Positions 1 through 8,614 of a stretch of DNA of 64,000 nt are shown in pieces; position 1 is the first letter of the stretch; each line of letters opens with the position of its first letter. Position numbers and translations under genes: made by a program. The notes under the pieces are model-generated. The model searched no databases and had not been told where the DNA came from. It saw nothing but the letters and a program-made list of their open reading frames with translations. Source of the stretch: Candidatus Promineifilaceae bacterium (GTDB lineage: Bacteria; Chloroflexota; Anaerolineae; Promineifilales; Promineifilaceae). The DNA lies in NCBI GenBank assembly GCA_049650305.1, contig JBARZW010000065.1, positions 10,585 through 74,584 on the forward strand. The letters are read 5' to 3'.

Positions 1-789
1 ACCACCACCGATAGCCAGCGCTTTATCCGAGATGGTGAAGCAGGCGGAGACATCAGATCTGCTGTCGATATCGCCGATTTTCAGTCCAGCAGGTACTTCG
101 GTGCCGGGTGCGATCAAACCCCGAATGACGCCATCGAAGGGCGCGATTATTGCCTTCTTCTCTATAGCGCCAATGATCGCGCCCGCCTTCACCAGATCGC
201 CAATTTCATGCCCCCACTCGACAACACCGCCGGCTGGTGAGCGAAGGACCCTCTCTGCTAATTTACCCCCAACTAGACCAGGTGTGCCCGTGTCTGGATG
301 CGCCTTCCCCTCCCAGATCACGCGGCCGAGGCGATGCCCACGCATCGTTTCAATCACCGCGTGGCAATCGATACCGGCCGTAAAACCGGGGCCTAGGGCG
401 ATCACTGTCTTTGCCTGACTGAGATGGGTATCGATATTGCGTTTTGCCATTCGTGCATCAATAATCACAGCATTGGTGGGAGAAGGATCTGTCGATCCTT
501 TTGTCTTCCCACCGGCTCTCAGGACTTGGTCAGGTAATTGGGGAGAAACTAGGACTGGGATGATGTCCTTGAGGTCCATCTCCGATGCTTCAGTGAAATT
601 CTGGGCGACCCGTCCTACGAGCCCTTCTATCTCCACCTCCCCTTCGTGCACGGCCGCGGCTAGAGAGACCTTACGTCGGACGACAAGCGGCCAGGGTAGT
701 TCCAATACGATTATTGGGAATCCAACCCTGTGGAGGCGATAAGCCACACCAGTAGCCAGATCACCGCCCCCTCGGATGATAACTCGCAT
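1..789 (-). CDS. YqeB/EF2563-family selenium-dependent molybdenum hydroxylase system protein (C-terminus cut by window edge)
   Basis: Absent from the ORF track because there is no stop inside the window. My minus-strand translation from ATG 789 (alternative ATG 804) reads MRVIIRGGGDLATGVAYRLHRVGFPIIVLELPWPLVVRRKVSLAAAVHEGEVEIEG...IIAPFDGVIRGLIAPGTEVPAGLKIGDID and stays open to position 1. The GGGDLATG N-terminus and lipoyl-like C-terminal pattern match my recollection of this family, and the gene sits beside a Mo-hydroxylase operon. Confidence 0.6.
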   Translation of the reverse strand, partial: MRVIIRGGGDLATGVAYRLHRVGFPIIVLELPWPLVVRRKVSLAAAVHEGEVEIEGLVGRVAQNFTEASEMDLKDIIPVLVSPQLPDQVLRAGGKTKGSTDPSPTNAVIIDARMAKRNIDTHLSQAKTVIALGPGFTAGIDCHAVIETMRGHRLGRVIWEGKAHPDTGTPGLVGGKLAERVLRSPAGGVVEWGHEIGDLVKAGAIIGAIEKKAIIAPFDGVIRGLIAPGTEVPAGLKIGDIDSRSDVSACFTISDKALAIGGG

Positions 790-1062
790 ATTGTCGAACA
801 TCATCTGTCGATATTAGTGACGGTTTCCAAGAAAGGCAAACAGGTCTCGTCAGCTAGTCGGAAGAAATAGTAGGCCCATTAGGCCGCAAGAATGAGAAAT
901 GGGGCCCAAGCATGAGCAAAAATACAATACCCCCGACTCAAATCAGGATCCGGTCATCCAATATGTGAACCAGCTTTAAAAGAGCGGCGAAATCAGCATT
1001 GTGAAATATGTTACAATCTGATATTATTATAAGTAATTAATAGACACGCGCGTATGCTTCCA

Positions 1063-1075
1063 TAAGCGCGGCTTA
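1063..1075. promoter_or_regulatory. LysR-type T-N11-A box inside the palindrome ATAAGC-N3-GCTTAT (1062-1076)
   Basis: TAAGCGCGGCTTA has T, 11 nt, then A with dyad symmetry. It lies in the AT-rich divergent intergenic region between the yqeB-like gene and the LysR gene, about 235 nt upstream of the LysR start. Confidence 0.4.
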
Positions 1076-1309
1076 TAAGAATAGCCTATGCATATTATAA
1101 TGAATAGTTATAGATTCGCTTCTACATGGGCGTGCTTTGGTTTTTCCTTTTTCAGTGCTCTAGGCCTCAACCCACAGGACAAGTAGGTTCAGAAAAACCA
1201 TTCTTGTCATCACGGAAGAATATTGACCTAGCAAGATTAAGTGAATTCGGAAATGAACGAATCAACTCGACTCAATTTACTGTTTTCGTAACGCTATCAG
1301 GAGTGGAAC

Positions 1310-2257
1310 GTGTTAGATGCCCATCAGATGAATGTATTCCTTACAGCGGCCGAGACGCGGAACTTTACCAATGCAGCTCGACAGCTGCACATGACCCAGC
1401 CAAGCGTGAGCCAACATATACAAGTGCTAGAGCAGCACTTCCGGACTACGCTATTCATCCGCAAGGGGCGGAAAATGGTGCTCACAGATGCGGGCGAAGC
1501 CCTGGTTCCGTTGGCACGGCGAATGGTGGACTGGTCGGTCCGGATCGACGAGACCATGGAATCTCTCCAGGGTGAAGTGTATGGTCACCTGAAAGTTGGA
1601 TGCAGCACAACCTCCGGTAAGTACGTCCTTCCCATGCTGTTAACCTCCTTCATGCGAAAGCATCCACAGGTAACAGCCGCTTGCCAGGTGCTGCCTCGCC
1701 GTCAAGCAGTCGAGGACCTCGGCGATGGACTCCTCCATCTTGCTCTGGCCAGCCCGCGTGAATTCCATGGCCCAGTAGAATTCCAGAGATTTGGTTCAGA
1801 TCCGATTCGATTAATCGCGCCGCTCACCCACCCTTGGGCTGCGCGCGGCGAGATCGAACCCCATGAACTGTTTGAAGCGGATTTCATTCTGCGCGAAACA
1901 GGGTCCGGTACGCTTGACGTGGCCGCCGACGGCCTGGCAGAAGTAGGCATTCCGATCGATCAGCTCAGCAGGGTTCTGATCCTGGGAAATTCCGAGGCGA
2001 TCGCCCTGGCGGTTGAGCAAGGCTTAGGAGTGGGTTTCGTCTCCCAGATCGTCATCTCGCGCCTTGTATACGAGCGGGTTGCTACCATCAATGTGAGGGG
2101 CGTTGATATGGCCCAGGAGATATGCATCGGCCGCAACACGGCTCTACCTGGCACCACGGCTCAAAATGCCTTCTGGGATTTCGCTACGGACGCAGACAAT
2201 CCAGCACTAGAGCAACTCACTGAAAGCGGAATGTATGGCTCCTTGACTCCGGCGTAA
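1310..2257 (+). CDS. LysR family transcriptional regulator
   Basis: N-terminal HTH MNVFLTAAETRNFTNAARQLHMTQPSVSQHIQVLEQHF followed by a LysR substrate-binding-type C-terminus; 315 aa; GTG start. Confidence 0.9.
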   Translation: MLDAHQMNVFLTAAETRNFTNAARQLHMTQPSVSQHIQVLEQHFRTTLFIRKGRKMVLTDAGEALVPLARRMVDWSVRIDETMESLQGEVYGHLKVGCSTTSGKYVLPMLLTSFMRKHPQVTAACQVLPRRQAVEDLGDGLLHLALASPREFHGPVEFQRFGSDPIRLIAPLTHPWAARGEIEPHELFEADFILRETGSGTLDVAADGLAEVGIPIDQLSRVLILGNSEAIALAVEQGLGVGFVSQIVISRLVYERVATINVRGVDMAQEICIGRNTALPGTTAQNAFWDFATDADNPALEQLTESGMYGSLTPA

Positions 2258-2720
2258 CAAGAGTCAACTCTCAAGAACGCCAACTGCTTACCGTTTACGC
2301 GGGGCGATAACAAGGACTACGCAAGACGCCTGGCTCTGTAAAAGCAATCTCTATACCCATATACGTCTGATTCTATTCGCTGGCGAAGCGAAGACCACAT
2401 ATTGCGTCAATAGAGAATGTTAACGCGAGCTTCACCAATGCAATCTCCTTGGTAGGCAGTGTTGCAGGAGGTCCTATGGTCACCGATACTGCTGATGTAT
2501 TCGTCGAGGCTGTCCCTCCGACGAGCGTGTCTTTTAGCTCCTTCGACGGAAATGATTCGGGCTCTACCTGAGTATTGGCCTTGGCTGCTGGCGTTATCGG
2601 CGCCGGTGTGGTTTTGCTCATTTCCAGGCGACGCAGGACAGTATGATTTTTCCCTATCTCAACATGGAATGATTACTCAACCTACGTTGGGTTTCGGAGC
2701 ATTGGTTAGCTAGATATTGG

Positions 2721-2763
2721 CGAATGCCATGAACGAAAATAAATCGTGGCATTCGTCTTTTTT
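2721..2763 (+). terminator. Rho-independent terminator-like hairpin oriented for the plus strand
   Basis: 9-bp stem CGAATGCCA (2721-2729) / TGGCATTCG (2747-2755), followed by TCTTTTTT (2756-2763). The T-tract is present only on the plus strand. Confidence 0.5.
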
Positions 2764-4973
2764 CAAGATAGTTTATTTAGGATTCGTTCAGGGGTTATGG
2801 GGAGCTCGTCAAACCAGACACCTGTAGCATCGTACAACGCTGCGGCGATGGCAGGTGCAAGGGGTAAGAAGGGCATTTCTGCCATGCCCCTGGCTCCCCA
2901 AGGCCCGGCCGGATCTGGTATCTCCATTATGATCGATTCGACCTTGACAGGCTTATCTAACACACCGGGAATCAGGTAAGTGCTGAGATTGGGGTTTTGA
3001 ATGCGCCCGTCCACAACCTTGAGATCTTCCATCACCGCGTAGCCGTAGGCTTGGACCACGGCCCCCTCGATCTGTCCTTCTATCTGGGTGCGATTGAACG
3101 CCTTGCCGACATCGTTGGCGCAGACGACCCGCTCGATAGTTATGAACCCTGTCTCCACATCGACTACCAAGTCCACAATCTGAGCTACATATCCGTAGGT
3201 AATATTTGGATCGCATAATCCGGTCTCGGGATCATAGGCAGAGGTAGCCCTTGGTTTGTATCGATAATGCCCAACGGCGGGTCTCTCTTCGTTGTACCAC
3301 GCTTCCAGGGCAAGCTCGGCCGCGCCCCGAATCGCGTTCCCGGCCATAAATGTCATTCGCGATGCCGAAGAGGATCCCGAATCACCACTTGAGGCGGTAT
3401 CAGAAACATCAACTTCAACCATCTCCACCGGTAGTTTCAATGATCTGGCCGCCATTTGCCGGAAAACCGTGTGTGCGCCTTGTCCGACATCCGCACCCGC
3501 GTGGCGAACGATCGCCCGTTCGATCTCAGCTTCACCTCGGAGTACAACAGTAGCGTCACTTCCCTCTGGAAAGCCGAAGGAGAAGCCGATATTCTTGAAC
3601 GCACAGGCCATACCCCGGCCTCTGCGAAGTTTCGAGGGATCTGGTGGAAGCGACCGGAATGGAGAATGATGGACATCCAGGACAAGCTCCGGCTTGGCAT
3701 CGAGCCAGCCGGCTTCCTGGGCGCATCGAGTGATAACCTCAGGCATAGAGACGCCGGGAGGCATTGATGACTGGGTCGTAAGCTGGCTGCCTTCTCGAAG
3801 CGTATTCCGCAGGCGGATTTCGACCGGATCGATATCGAGTGCTGCGGCCAGCTTGTTCATTTGGCATTCCGCGGCAAACGCTCCCTGAGGCCCCCCAAAT
3901 CCGCGGAATGCGCCCCCTGGCACATTATTAGTATAGACAGCATAACTATCCACCCGGGCAGCGGGAATCTCATAGGGACCGGTGACCATTAAATTGGCAT
4001 TCCCCAAAACCTTGGTGCTGGTATAGGCATAGGCGCCGGCGTCTAGAATCAACTCCGCCTCTACGGCCGTCACTTTTCCCTCTAATGTTGCCCCCCATTT
4101 ACTCTTGATGTAAGCGGGATGCCGCTTGTGATGTCCGATAATGCTTTCTTCTCTGGACCAGATTATTCGTACGGGCCGGTTTATCCCACGCTCCCCTAGT
4201 CGCATCACGGCCAATCCAAGCACGATCTGCAGGGACATATCCTCTCGGCCGCCGAATGCCCCGCCAATAGCGGGATAACGAATCCGGACGCGATCCAGGG
4301 GTAGGTTTAGCGCATGGGCAACTTCTGCCTGATCTTCATGCGTCCACTGCCCGGCGATCTCAACGGTAACTCTGCCCAGATCATCGATATACCCGAGACC
4401 GGCTTCTGGCTGCAGAAAGGCATGTTCCTGGTAAGGCAAGCGGTATGAACCTTCGACGACTATATCGGCTTTCGCCCAACCCGCATCTATATCTCCCTTG
4501 CGGATCTTGTAGTGCTGGAGAATATTCGTAGCCTTCTCTGGGTGCAGAATGTTTACATCCTGCATCGCTTCAAATACATGGTTTACTATCGGCAGATCTT
4601 CCCATTCAATCCGGACGAGATCCCGTGCCCTGGAGGCCGCCAATTCATTCTCGGCAACAATCACCGCAACCTGATCCCCTTCCCAGAGGCTGACATCTCC
4701 CACTGGATTGGAGCTGCCTATTCCAACCAAAACGGGCTGGTCCGGCAGGATGAGGCCGTATTCGTTCACCGGAACGTCCCTGGCAGTCAGAATGGATACG
4801 ACCCCAGGTACTTCCGAAGCTGCGCTGATGTCCATGGACACCATGCGCGCATGCGGCTTGTTGCTAAATAGAACCTTACCTTGTAGAAGCTCGTCCGGGG
4901 AGAGGTCACCGGGGAAGAGGGTTCGCCCGCTAGCCTTCCCAGGTGCATCGATCCGCCTATCCGATTCAGTCAT
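2763..4973 (-). CDS. Xanthine dehydrogenase family molybdopterin-binding (large) subunit
   Basis: Aldehyde oxidase/XDH a/b-hammerhead and Moco-binding domains (GGAFGGRED, GGFGGPQ-like FRGFGGPQGAFAAE, WGARGMAEMP). The preferred start is ATG 4973 (MTESDRR), which overlaps the upstream stop by 8 nt; the track ORF extends to 5081. Confidence 0.9.
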   Translation of the reverse strand: MTESDRRIDAPGKASGRTLFPGDLSPDELLQGKVLFSNKPHARMVSMDISAASEVPGVVSILTARDVPVNEYGLILPDQPVLVGIGSSNPVGDVSLWEGDQVAVIVAENELAASRARDLVRIEWEDLPIVNHVFEAMQDVNILHPEKATNILQHYKIRKGDIDAGWAKADIVVEGSYRLPYQEHAFLQPEAGLGYIDDLGRVTVEIAGQWTHEDQAEVAHALNLPLDRVRIRYPAIGGAFGGREDMSLQIVLGLAVMRLGERGINRPVRIIWSREESIIGHHKRHPAYIKSKWGATLEGKVTAVEAELILDAGAYAYTSTKVLGNANLMVTGPYEIPAARVDSYAVYTNNVPGGAFRGFGGPQGAFAAECQMNKLAAALDIDPVEIRLRNTLREGSQLTTQSSMPPGVSMPEVITRCAQEAGWLDAKPELVLDVHHSPFRSLPPDPSKLRRGRGMACAFKNIGFSFGFPEGSDATVVLRGEAEIERAIVRHAGADVGQGAHTVFRQMAARSLKLPVEMVEVDVSDTASSGDSGSSSASRMTFMAGNAIRGAAELALEAWYNEERPAVGHYRYKPRATSAYDPETGLCDPNITYGYVAQIVDLVVDVETGFITIERVVCANDVGKAFNRTQIEGQIEGAVVQAYGYAVMEDLKVVDGRIQNPNLSTYLIPGVLDKPVKVESIIMEIPDPAGPWGARGMAEMPFLPLAPAIAAALYDATGVWFDELPITPERILNKLS

Positions 4974-5328
4974 AGTTGATAGTCTGATCATAAGGATCTT
5001 TTTCGGACGAGTAGGTAGTAGGCGTTCCTGGTCGCATCTTTGCTTTTGGAGATGTGACTGCGTAACCGATAAGGACAACAAACTGGATCATCAGAAAGAT
5101 GACAAAAGCCACGGCGATTTGCATGACAACCTCGCTGACGGTTTCCGGTATCCCGATATCCTCGTAGAAGAAATCCAGGCCGAGAATATCACTGCTCATT
5201 AGCCATCCAGCAGCCAAGTAGGAAATGGCGAAGGAGATAAACAACCAAAGACCAGCAAGAATCGTCCGTTTGGTTAATCCCTTCCGTTTTTCTAGTTCAG
5301 CCTCATGTTTCTTCTCGATGCGCATCAA
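4966..5328 (-). CDS. Small two-TM membrane protein, paralog A (unknown function)
   Basis: 120 aa with a basic N-terminus (EKRKGL) and two hydrophobic helices. It is a paralog of 6813..7172. Both ends overlap the neighbouring hydroxylase genes, which suggests translational coupling. Confidence 0.6.
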   Translation of the reverse strand: MMRIEKKHEAELEKRKGLTKRTILAGLWLFISFAISYLAAGWLMSSDILGLDFFYEDIGIPETVSEVVMQIAVAFVIFLMIQFVVLIGYAVTSPKAKMRPGTPTTYSSEKDPYDQTINYD

Positions 5329-6826
5329 AAACTTCCTTTTGCGATCTCCCCAATGCGATCGCCTCTAGAATCTTGTAATAACCCGTACAACGACAGAAAT
5401 TGCCCGTTAACGCTTGAGCGATTTCATCTTCAGTTGGACGGGGTTGCTCTTCCAGCAACTTAGCGCCTGCCATTACGAATCCGGGAATACAATAACCACA
5501 TTGAACTGCGCCAGTGTCTACGAATGCCTGTAGTAATATGTGGTCCTGACCTGCAACTTCCTCTGAGAGGTCAAGATCAGGAGAGAACCTCTTCAAGCCC
5601 TCAATGGTAACAACTTCTGCTCCATTGGCTCTTTGAGGCGGCACTAGACAGGACATGACCGCCATGCCGTCTAGAAAGACCGTACAAGCGCCACATTCAC
5701 CTTCAGCGCACCCTTCCTTTGTTCCTGTAAGTGATCCCTGCTCACGCAGCCACCGCATGAGATTAGTGGTTCCGCCGGCTGGAGCTGAAATTGTTGCTCC
5801 GTTCACATTAGAAACGATCGGTGTCTCTAGGTCATGGCTTGATTCGAATCGCGCTCCCGTCGGATAGCGACCGCCGGTCTGTCCCCATAGAGTCACCGGT
5901 CTTTCGAGCCAATTATCCCGCTCCTGGCGAGCGCCTAGGGCGGAGAGAGCCCGTCTAAGCATGACCGCCACCATCCGGGAGCGATAGGTCGCCGTACCGC
6001 GGAGATCGTCGATAGGCTTTGCCTCGGCGGAAGCCAATTTCGCGGCTTCAGCTGCGGTTTCATCGTTGAGCTCCTTGCCGATCAGATAATGCTCTGCTTC
6101 TTGGGCCGAGATGATTGTCGGCGCCACGCTGCCCAATGAAATCCGCGCTTCTTGAATTATCTCCCCTTCAAAATCCAGGACGGCTGCCAGGTGAACTACC
6201 GAGATGGCTTGCGCTCTCCTTAGACCGGATTTCACAAATATTCCTCTTGCGGTGTCCGGTAAGGGGGGAAAGCTGATCTCAACCAACATCTCTTCTGGAC
6301 GCATTACCGTCTGGCGAACACCTTCATAAAACTGCTTTAACGGCACCTCGCGGCGCCCGTGTATGGATGCCAACGTCACGGTGGCGCCAAGCACCCACAA
6401 GGGTGAGATAGTATCATTTGCCGGACTGGCAGTTATCAGATTTCCGGCGACAGTCCCTCGGTTGCGGATCTGGGGAGAACCCACTTCCCAAGCTGCTTGA
6501 GCAAGTGGCAGCGCGCGTTGCACTATCAGTTCTGATGATACAACCCGGTTATGCGTTACAAGAGGGCCGAGGTGGATATTGTCGTCGGAACCCAGGTAGA
6601 TGTCATCGAGTCCGGAAATACGGGTGATATCAATAATCGTATCCACTTCTGGCCGAATCCCGTTGCTCATCTCGAGCAAAAGGTCCGTACCTCCAGCCAC
6701 AATGCGAGCGCGATTTCGATAACGGGCCAGTAATTCCAGTACGTCACCAACCGAAACCGGCGTGATGTATCCTCGGATCGCACTGGTGTGATCTATGGTA
6801 TTGATCTCCGAATTAGTGATAGTCAT
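5303..6826 (-). CDS. Mo-hydroxylase FAD-binding subunit fused to a [2Fe-2S] subunit (order FAD then Fe-S)
   Basis: The N-terminus is CoxM/XdhB-like (IVAGGTDLL, NRGTVAGNL, TATYRSRM). The C-terminus is CoxS-like (GCAEGECGACTV, CGYCIPGF, NFCRCTGY). Confidence 0.9.
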   Translation of the reverse strand: MTITNSEINTIDHTSAIRGYITPVSVGDVLELLARYRNRARIVAGGTDLLLEMSNGIRPEVDTIIDITRISGLDDIYLGSDDNIHLGPLVTHNRVVSSELIVQRALPLAQAAWEVGSPQIRNRGTVAGNLITASPANDTISPLWVLGATVTLASIHGRREVPLKQFYEGVRQTVMRPEEMLVEISFPPLPDTARGIFVKSGLRRAQAISVVHLAAVLDFEGEIIQEARISLGSVAPTIISAQEAEHYLIGKELNDETAAEAAKLASAEAKPIDDLRGTATYRSRMVAVMLRRALSALGARQERDNWLERPVTLWGQTGGRYPTGARFESSHDLETPIVSNVNGATISAPAGGTTNLMRWLREQGSLTGTKEGCAEGECGACTVFLDGMAVMSCLVPPQRANGAEVVTIEGLKRFSPDLDLSEEVAGQDHILLQAFVDTGAVQCGYCIPGFVMAGAKLLEEQPRPTEDEIAQALTGNFCRCTGYYKILEAIALGRSQKEVFDAHREET

Positions 6827-7172
6827 AATGGTCTGCGTTTGGATCAGGTTCTGGCGACCTGAGAGACGCTCTTCCTGGACGCACCCGGCCTAGCGGACTT
6901 GCAAAAGCGTAACCAATCAGCACGAAAAAATTCATCAAAATAACAATAAGTACCATGAGTCCGGCACGAATAAATTCCTCACCGACCGTTCTGGGAATAT
7001 GAAGACGGTTGTAAATGGCGCCGATGGTGAGGATATCAGAGTCAAATAGCCAGTTGACGAGGAAGTATGCCGCGGTGAAACAAAGGCCAAACCAGATCAA
7101 GGCGATGATTGTCTTGATAGCCAGCCCCTTGCGCTTGGCTAACTCAGCGTCGCGTTTTCTTTCTAGTCGCAT
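6813..7172 (-). CDS. Small two-TM membrane protein, paralog B (unknown function)
   Basis: 119 aa and collinear with 4966..5328 without gaps (shared AEL-KRKGL, SDIL, IP-TV, FVLIGYA, RPG, DP). Its stop overlaps the FAD/Fe-S gene start. Confidence 0.6.
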   Translation of the reverse strand: MRLERKRDAELAKRKGLAIKTIIALIWFGLCFTAAYFLVNWLFDSDILTIGAIYNRLHIPRTVGEEFIRAGLMVLIVILMNFFVLIGYAFASPLGRVRPGRASLRSPEPDPNADHYDYH

Positions 7173-7272
7173 AATTCACCTACCAATTTCCGAGAACACA
7201 GGTCGTAAAACGATATTCCACGCCGCGAAATCTATCCGCAGCGTGCTTCTGAAAACAGCGCCCGGCAATAAA

Positions 7273-8103
7273 TCAGGCCGCATCTGACTTTGGCACAACT
7301 GCCATGCGATTACCGGTTCCACCGCGGTGAAGCATGATGACCTCGGCCAAGATGCTCAAGGCTATTTCCTCAGGCGATTCCGCATGCAGCTCGAGACCGA
7401 TTGGGGAATGAAAGCGGCTAATCTCCTCTTCGCTCAACCCGTCCGCCATTAGCAGTTTCCGGGTCTCTTCCCACCTCCGGCGGCTACCAATAACACCGAT
7501 GTAGGGGGCTTCCGTATTCAATAGCCTGGGTAAAACATGTCTATCAACTTCAGCGTTTCGGGTCACGGCAATTATATACGTTGTGATGTTAACCTTGAAT
7601 GCGGCGAGCAAGTTTTCGACAGATCCTGGAAAATAGAAATCTGCGTCAGGCACCATCTCTGGTGTTGCCATACCCTCGCGATCATCGCTTACCACGACGC
7701 GAAGACCGAGCCAACTCGCAAGCTGGGCCACGGCCCGTCCAACGTGTCCGCAACCGATAACTAGAATTGTGAGAGGCGGTAAATGGGGTTCCACATAAAC
7801 CTCGACTTCTCCACCGCAAACGCCGGGATCCCCGCGTTTTGGGTCAACAAGCGAATAAGGAACATATCGCGGCAGGTTATCTTCAAGAGAAGCCAATGCT
7901 TCTTGAACTACCCTTGCTTCTAATTCTCCGCCTCCGATAGTACCTGAAGTCCGACCACCGGCATATACGAGCATCTTTGTACCTGTATGCCGGGGGACAG
8001 ATCCCCGTGCCTTGACAATTACCGCCAAGGCAACCGGATCACCCGCTTGCCTGGCGGTCACTAATTCCTCAATCGCGTCGATAGTAGATGTATTTCTATT
8101 CAT
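7273..8103 (-). CDS. xdhC: XdhC/CoxI family Mo-hydroxylase accessory (maturation) protein
   Basis: VIVKARGSVPRHTGTKMLV and TIGGGELE motifs plus a Rossmann-like VIGCGHVGRAVA segment; 276 aa. Confidence 0.85.
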   Translation of the reverse strand: MNRNTSTIDAIEELVTARQAGDPVALAVIVKARGSVPRHTGTKMLVYAGGRTSGTIGGGELEARVVQEALASLEDNLPRYVPYSLVDPKRGDPGVCGGEVEVYVEPHLPPLTILVIGCGHVGRAVAQLASWLGLRVVVSDDREGMATPEMVPDADFYFPGSVENLLAAFKVNITTYIIAVTRNAEVDRHVLPRLLNTEAPYIGVIGSRRRWEETRKLLMADGLSEEEISRFHSPIGLELHAESPEEIALSILAEVIMLHRGGTGNRMAVVPKSDAA

Positions 8104-8164
8104 TCTAAAGATACGTCGAATGCCAAATCAGCATAACATCAATTCTTGGGATACGACAAGGTCG

Positions 8165-8590
8165 TCAGGATCCCAGGCACCAACCAGCCACCCAGGCTTG
8201 CCCATCGTCAGGCAGGACGATATTATAGAAAGGCGTATCAAGAGGTACGCCGCTGATTGTCCGAATGACTGAACGGACCTCCTTTCTAATAATGGTGACC
8301 GGCGTGTTGGCTTGAACGGCCTGGTCATGGTTTTCAAGGGCGGGTGCGGATCTAGCCATGAGTACGAACTCGGTGCCCAGCTCGTCCAACCCACATTGAC
8401 CTCTATCATGGCACTCTTCACTGCAGATAAGCGTTGCTTCCTCAACCTTCGAGGAATCTTCTTCTGGTTGTTCATCCTGAATGATCTTCAAAACGCTACA
8501 GGCGTTCAAAACAAAAAACGTACTTGCTAACAAGATGAGTAGGCAGATTCTTTGGACGATCCGCCACTTTGACCTTTCGATTAAACCCAT
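8165..8590 (-). CDS. Putative lipoprotein, unknown function
   Basis: Signal peptide with a lipobox-like VLNAC, an acidic linker, and a C-terminal SH3-like segment ending in WVAGWCL. Preferred over the overlapping ORF 8128..8475. Confidence 0.5.
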   Translation of the reverse strand: MGLIERSKWRIVQRICLLILLASTFFVLNACSVLKIIQDEQPEEDSSKVEEATLICSEECHDRGQCGLDELGTEFVLMARSAPALENHDQAVQANTPVTIIRKEVRSVIRTISGVPLDTPFYNIVLPDDGQAWVAGWCLGS

Positions 8591-8614
8591 TGCGTCAATA
8601 CATGCCCCAGTAGC

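Noticed and set aside
32-742. Plus-strand ORFs 32..418 and 437..742
   Set aside because: Their composition is Pro/Arg/Ser-rich and they lie antisense to a much better minus-strand reading frame (the YqeB-like gene), which stays open across the whole interval. I treat them as shadow ORFs.
2763-6826. Selenocysteine recoding in the Mo-hydroxylase genes
   Set aside because: All subunit ORFs are uninterrupted, with no in-frame TGA that needs read-through. Any selenium dependence would come through a labile cofactor, not through Sec.
8128-8475. ORF 8128..8475 (115 aa, minus strand)
   Set aside because: It overlaps the longer lipoprotein-like ORF 8165..8590 in another frame and has no signal peptide or recognisable motifs.
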